Source of the DNA: an uncultured Methanosarcinales archaeon | GTDB taxonomy: Archaea > Nanobdellota > Nanobdellia > Woesearchaeales > GW2011-AR9 | Length of the DNA stretch: 53,945 nt | Assembly (NCBI GenBank): GCA_964460195.1 | Contig: CAYWPJ010000006.1 | Location: 1-53,945, forward strand | Reading direction: 5' to 3' | Shown: piece after piece, positions 49,629-53,945 of the stretch | Layout of the letters: every line of letters begins with the position of its first letter | Numbering within the stretch: the first letter of the stretch is position 1 | The notes under the pieces: model-generated | What the model saw: only the letters and a program-made list of their open reading frames with translations | Told to the model about the DNA's origin: nothing | The model's database searches: none | Made by a program: the position numbers and the translations under genes

Positions 49629-50461
49629 TCCCCGCCCAGCCGCAGGCTGACCACCCTTTTGAAATAGACCCAGCCGAATTTCAGCAGCGAGGTTAAACTG
49701 CCGGCCGTCTTTGAGCTGCCTTCCAGGCGGTCAATAAAATAATAAGGCACTTCTTTGATTTTATATCCTTTCCGCCCGGCCCGGTAAAGAAAGGCAATGC
49801 AATATTCCCCATAAGTAGAATCGGGCAGGGGGAGCTGGGCCAGGACTTCCCGTCTGGCGGCAATGAAACCGCTGGTGTAATCTAAAACCTTAAAGTTAAG
49901 GATGAAGTTGGCCGCCAGGTTGATCATCCGGCTGGTGACTAAACGCAGCCTTGGCCGGAGATCCTTTCCTCCCTGGGCATACCTCGAAGCGACGGCAATA
50001 TGATTGTTCTCCAGCTCGGCGAGAAGCCGGGGAATGGTTTCGGGAGGCATGGATAAGTCGGCATCCATCCAAACAATAAATTTTCCCTTCGACTCGGCGA
50101 TGCCCCGTTTCAGTGAATTTGCCAGGCCCTTATTTTCTGTCCTCCGGATGACCCTGACCCCTTTCTCTTTGTGCCCGGCACCTGCCGCGATCTGCCAGGT
50201 TTTGTCAGGGCTGTCGTCGTCGATGACAATGATTTCTTTACGGCGCCCGGTGAGAGCCCGATCAATCCTTTCGATTAAATGGGTGATATTACCGGACTCG
50301 TTATAGGTCGGCAGGATAACTGAGATTTCCACTTCCTCTTTTATTCCATCTTTTACTCCCTTGTTTACCTCCTCTTTTATCTCATCTTTTACCCAGCTTT
50401 TTACTTCATCCTTTACTCCACCTTTTACTTCACCTTCTCCCTTCAACTCTTTGCTTTTCAT
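49625..50461 (-). CDS. Family 2 glycosyltransferase (polyprenyl-phosphate hexose synthase-like) with Lys/Glu/Val repeat N-terminus
   Basis: SVILPTYNE, IVIDDDSPD, WMDADLS and YTSGF. The N-terminal 45 aa are VKD/E-x-V/I-K repeats. Confidence 0.85.
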   Translation of the reverse strand: MKSKELKGEGEVKGGVKDEVKSWVKDEIKEEVNKGVKDGIKEEVEISVILPTYNESGNITHLIERIDRALTGRRKEIIVIDDDSPDKTWQIAAGAGHKEKGVRVIRRTENKGLANSLKRGIAESKGKFIVWMDADLSMPPETIPRLLAELENNHIAVASRYAQGGKDLRPRLRLVTSRMINLAANFILNFKVLDYTSGFIAARREVLAQLPLPDSTYGEYCIAFLYRAGRKGYKIKEVPYYFIDRLEGSSKTAGSLTSLLKFGWVYFKRVVSLRLGGE

Positions 50462-50746
50462 CTAAAGAAGAACTGAATCCAAGCCTTTAAATAACTTTTG
50501 AAAGAGTGACACTACCGTCCTCCATACTTTTCTTATAAGGAGTCGCTACCCCCTTATTTCATTTGCCCTTCTTTATTGCTTTATGTTTTTTATAGTAATT
50601 GGTGTAGTACCTGTTAGTTGCCCTAAGCCAGAGGCGGAAGCGCAGCGTGGTCTGAGGTTCGGGTGTTTTAGGAGAAGGAGTATTGTAACTTGAGAGTAGT
50701 TAATAACCGAAAGGTTTAAATACTTGCGGTTAAAATTAGATTAAAT

Positions 50747-51430
50747 ATGGCAGATTCAATATTTAGAGAACTCTTACAGTCAGGAGGGATAGACCCCAAA
50801 CAATTTGCAATTCCTCAAAGTGTACTTAATCAGGGAGTACAATCCCAATTGGATGTTCTTAAAAATAGTTATAAGTGGGGTGATCCTTCATTAGCTGTTG
50901 TGTATGATGAGTTGCCTCTAGAGCAAACTCTTTCCAAAATTAAATTAACCTTGAGGGATATGTTTAACTGTGTAGATTTTCCTTATATTGAAACAAGAGG
51001 AAAGAAGAAAGCTCAAAGTGCACCATCTGCGGATAAGCCTACCTCAGGTTTATTAAGCCACCTTTTTGACGCTGAGGAAACAGACTTTAATCAACCCACT
51101 TTAATTTTATATCATAGTTTTGATGGCATCCCTAGGGGAGTGATCAAATTGATAAAAAGAGAACCGCTTAATGTTGGGGAAGATGCTTGGGAACAGATCA
51201 CACAAATGACTAATTATTTAGATGGTGGCTGTGGTAGGCACTGGACACATGCACACAGTCGTATGCAAAGCCCCCGTTTACCAAAACTTTCCGGAAACGG
51301 CTCTCTTATTAGAACTGCAATTGTAATGTCAATGGATGAAAAGGTAGCTAATAATTGGTATAACGAACACCACACTAGCTGCACTAGATCACATATTGGT
51401 CGTGATTTTCGAGCAAATTATATTTTCTAA
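50747..51430 (+). CDS. Hypothetical protein (AT-rich island ORFan)
   Basis: 227-aa ORF, no motif recognised. Confidence 0.5.
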   Translation: MADSIFRELLQSGGIDPKQFAIPQSVLNQGVQSQLDVLKNSYKWGDPSLAVVYDELPLEQTLSKIKLTLRDMFNCVDFPYIETRGKKKAQSAPSADKPTSGLLSHLFDAEETDFNQPTLILYHSFDGIPRGVIKLIKREPLNVGEDAWEQITQMTNYLDGGCGRHWTHAHSRMQSPRLPKLSGNGSLIRTAIVMSMDEKVANNWYNEHHTSCTRSHIGRDFRANYIF

Positions 51431-51536
51431 AATGAAGTATTAAATCATTGGTATTTTGAGATGCCCCACTTTTAGGATAACAGAAGTATTACCCACCACC
51501 ACAATCCATATAAACATTTCCCTGCTTAAAATAAAG

Positions 51537-52775
51537 ATGAAATACGCCCACCTGGCCGACGCCCACTTAGGCGCCTGGCGGGAACCGAAAATGCGGGATC
51601 TCTCCATGGAAGCTTTCCTGACCGCCATCGACGACTGCCTTAAGCAGGAAGTCGACTTCATTCTCTTCGCCGGCGACTTATTCAACACTTCCCTTCCCTC
51701 CCTGGACATCCTCAAGACGGCTACCCATAAACTGAAAGAGCTGAACGATAAAGAAATTCCTTTTTACGCCATCGCCGGCTCGCATGACTTCTCGCCTTCC
51801 GGAAAGACGATGATTGACGTCCTGGAAAAGGCCGGCCTGCTCATTAATGTCAGCAAAGGGAGCGCCGAAGGGGAAGCCCAGTTGCTCCGCTTAAGCTTTA
51901 CCATTGATCAAAAAACCGGAGCCAAGATCACCGGCATCCTCGGCCGGAAGGGCCAGCTGGACTGGTCATGCTACGAAAACCTGGATTTAAGCTCCTTGGA
52001 GCAGGAGCCGGGTTACAAAATCTTCCTCTTTCATACCACTCTAACCGAACTGAAGCCAAAGGACTTGGAGAAAGTCGAATCCCGCCCGGCTTCTCTCTTG
52101 CCCAAAGGATTTAATTACTACGCCGGCGGCCACGTCCACCATCCGGTTAAGATTGAATTAGATGGTTACGGCCCTTTAGCTTATCCGGGAGCCTTGTTCC
52201 CCACCGATTTCGGCGAGGTGGAAAAATACGGCCACGGCGGCTATTATCTAATCTCGGCCGAAGGCCCGGCGGAAAACTACCGGCAAAAAGTCGAATGGCG
52301 GCCGGTGAAAGTCCGGGAGCGTCATTCTTTAATTCTTGACTGCCGGCATCGGACGCCGGAAGCCATCAATACCCAGCTTAGGGAGCATTTCGAGCAGTTG
52401 GACATTGAGCAGGGGCTGGTGACAATCCGGCTTGCCGGAAAGATTGAACAGGGGAAAATCTCCAACATCAATTTCAAAGAGATTTTTCAGCAAGTTTATT
52501 CTAAAGGAGCTTATTTCGTCATGAAGAACACTTCTCAGCTGATCTCACCGGAATTTGAAGAAATAAAAATTGTCCAGTCCAGTCCGGAACTGATGGAAGA
52601 AGAGCTGATCAAAGAGCATCTGCAGCAGAACAAGCTGTTTGAGCGGGAAAAGGAGTTCTACCTGACCAAGGCTCTCCTGGCTGCCCTGAACACGGCCAAA
52701 AAGGAGGGGGAAACCATGGCCGATTTCCAGACCAGAGTGGAAAGCGAAATCAATCAGCTGCTGGAAATAGATTAA
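51537..52775 (+). CDS. mre11: DNA double-strand break repair nuclease Mre11 (metallophosphoesterase)
   Basis: MKYAHLADAHLG, FAGDLFN, IAGSHD and GGHVHH. The ATG at 51537 is preferred; the track ORF begins at 51456. Confidence 0.8.
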   Translation: MKYAHLADAHLGAWREPKMRDLSMEAFLTAIDDCLKQEVDFILFAGDLFNTSLPSLDILKTATHKLKELNDKEIPFYAIAGSHDFSPSGKTMIDVLEKAGLLINVSKGSAEGEAQLLRLSFTIDQKTGAKITGILGRKGQLDWSCYENLDLSSLEQEPGYKIFLFHTTLTELKPKDLEKVESRPASLLPKGFNYYAGGHVHHPVKIELDGYGPLAYPGALFPTDFGEVEKYGHGGYYLISAEGPAENYRQKVEWRPVKVRERHSLILDCRHRTPEAINTQLREHFEQLDIEQGLVTIRLAGKIEQGKISNINFKEIFQQVYSKGAYFVMKNTSQLISPEFEEIKIVQSSPELMEEELIKEHLQQNKLFEREKEFYLTKALLAALNTAKKEGETMADFQTRVESEINQLLEID

Positions 52776-52837
52776 TAAATAATGTCCTCCACTAAACAAT
52801 CGAAAATAATAAATACCCCCCTGCCTTCTGCCCAAGG

Positions 52838-53029
52838 ATGGAGCTGTTTTCCCTCCTGGGAATGCTGATCATTGCCATCATTGTCATTTTTTTAATTTAT
52901 TCCCTTTTAAGTTCTGTTCGTTTCCTCTTTTTCTTCCTCCTGGTCGTCATGCTGGCCGTCTTCTATTTCAGGGTTTCCCTGACTGATATCTTCAGGTGGC
53001 TGGTTGACCTGCTGCTGGTTGTCTTTTAG
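52838..53029 (+). CDS. Small hydrophobic protein (two predicted TM helices)
   Basis: 63-aa ORF, very hydrophobic. Support is only ORF presence and its position between mre11 and rfc. Confidence 0.3.
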   Translation: MELFSLLGMLIIAIIVIFLIYSLLSSVRFLFFFLLVVMLAVFYFRVSLTDIFRWLVDLLLVVF

Positions 53030-53105
53030 CTTTCCAAAAGTGCTTAACCCATTTGAGGTAAAACTTATAAAAGAGAGGCCTTTGAGCCTAAGAAGGGGGT
53101 AAATA

Positions 53106-53945
53106 ATGGTTTCATCCATCTGGACCGAGAAATACCGGCCGAACAAATTCGAAGAAGTGAAAGGACAGAAAGAGATAGTTAATAAAGTCAAAGCGTTCAT
53201 CGAAACTAAAAGCATGCCCCATCTTTTGTTCAGCGGGCCGGCCGGCTGCGGGAAAAGCACCCTGGCCATCGTCGCCGCCAAGGAGCTGTACGGGGATAGC
53301 TGGCGGCAGAACTTTCTGGAACTCAATGCCAGCGACACTCGGGGAATCGACACGATCCGGGGCCAGGTGAAAGATTTTGCCCGGACCAAAGCCATCGGCG
53401 ACGTCCCTTTCAAGATTATTTTCCTGGACGAGTGCGATGCCCTGACCAGGGAAGCGCAGCAGGCCATGAGGCGGACGATGGAAAATTATACCCAAACCAC
53501 CCGGATGATCCTTTCCTGCAACTTTTCGTCGAAGATTATCGATCCGGTGCAGTCAAGATGCGCCGTTTTCCGGTTCAAGCCTTTAAGTCCAGAGGAAATT
53601 GAAAAAGTTATTTATAATGTAGCTAAAAATGAAGGAGGAGAAATACAGCAAGCTGTTTTGCCTGATGTTAAAAGAGCTCTAGTTGAAGTTAGTGATGGTG
53701 ATTGCCGAAGATTGATAAATATCATGCAAAGTTGTTTTGCGGTGAAACGAGAGGGAGAATATCTTACGGTAGAAGATGTTTATACCATGGCGTCCGTCGC
53801 CAAGCCGAAGGAAGTTAATGAGGTGTTAAGCGTTGCGGCGAAGGGAGATTTTTTAACTGCCCGTAAGAAACTATTGTCCTTAATGTTGGATTATGGATTA
53901 TCCGGCTTGGACATCATCAAGCAGGTCCAGAAAGAGATCTGGAAT
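53106..53945 (+). CDS. rfcS: Replication factor C small subunit (3' end beyond the window)
   Basis: Not in the track because it is open at the window end. Hand translation gives MVSSIWTEKYRPNKFEEVKGQKEIV.., Walker A GPAGCGKST, DEAD-like FLDECDAL, SRC motif VQSRCAVFRF. The frame stays open to 53945. Confidence 0.9.
   Translation, partial: MVSSIWTEKYRPNKFEEVKGQKEIVNKVKAFIETKSMPHLLFSGPAGCGKSTLAIVAAKELYGDSWRQNFLELNASDTRGIDTIRGQVKDFARTKAIGDVPFKIIFLDECDALTREAQQAMRRTMENYTQTTRMILSCNFSSKIIDPVQSRCAVFRFKPLSPEEIEKVIYNVAKNEGGEIQQAVLPDVKRALVEVSDGDCRRLINIMQSCFAVKREGEYLTVEDVYTMASVAKPKEVNEVLSVAAKGDFLTARKKLLSLMLDYGLSGLDIIKQVQKEIWN

Noticed and set aside
56-53495. Numerous track ORFs antisense to, or out of frame within, the called genes (for example 132-323, 1213-1545, 2838-3227, 5345-5668, 16344-16790, 31154-31729, 36684-37103, 44731-45162, 52907-53467)
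   Set aside because: They lie wholly inside longer ORFs with clear family motifs. They have Arg/Pro/Gly/Ser-rich shadow-frame composition and no start-site signals.
1-53945. CRISPR arrays, rRNA genes, transposases, integrases and reverse transcriptases
   Set aside because: I looked for regularly spaced 25-40-nt direct repeats and for recombinase, transposase or RT motifs in all listed ORFs. I found none. The only tandem repeats are short AT-rich ones (17415-17452 and 13133-13184).

Overview
This 53.9 kb window is a compact archaeal chromosome segment. The core genes are plainly archaeal: proteasome alpha, FEN1, RFC small subunit, aIF2-alpha, the L44e/S27e/Nop10 operon, GatD, Pop5, tRNA-splicing endonuclease, Mre11, G1P dehydrogenase and two multi-intron tRNAs. 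Gene content and style suggest a small-genome DPANN-like organism, which is an inference. I call about 60 CDS and 2 tRNAs, and saw no rRNA, CRISPR array, transposase or integrase. Starts were corrected by eye where the ORF track began at TTG/GTG or upstream of a hallmark N-terminus. Three genes absent from the track were added: S27e, Nop10 and the 3'-open RFC gene. The main findings follow. (1) At least four, possibly seven, visibly AT-rich promoter+ORF cassettes sit between GC-richer core genes. Each is bracketed by short inverted repeats, with one arm 0-4 nt from the stop codon and the other upstream of the cassette's TATA box. Cargo includes a HIT hydrolase, a MazG-like NTP pyrophosphatase, a Schlafen/AlbA_2-ATPase protein and ORFans. 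A 24-nt motif recurs at cassette edges. (2) A minus-strand operon encodes ACP, AcpS-type PPTase, FkbH-like loader, MaoC dehydratase, SDR, GNAT, GT2 and a GT39/ArnT-like transferase. ACP-dependent chemistry is unusual for an archaeon. (3) A pyruvate-kinase catalytic domain is fused to a complete ATP sulfurylase and translationally coupled to a P-loop kinase. Next to it lies a locus with two divergent CDP-alcohol phosphatidyltransferase paralogs, a flippase and G1P dehydrogenase. (4) Two further metabolic fusions are present: MTAP-APRT and RpiB-Rpe. (5) The two tRNA genes appear to carry 3 and 2 introns at non-canonical positions. All domain calls come from motif recognition by eye. No searches were run.
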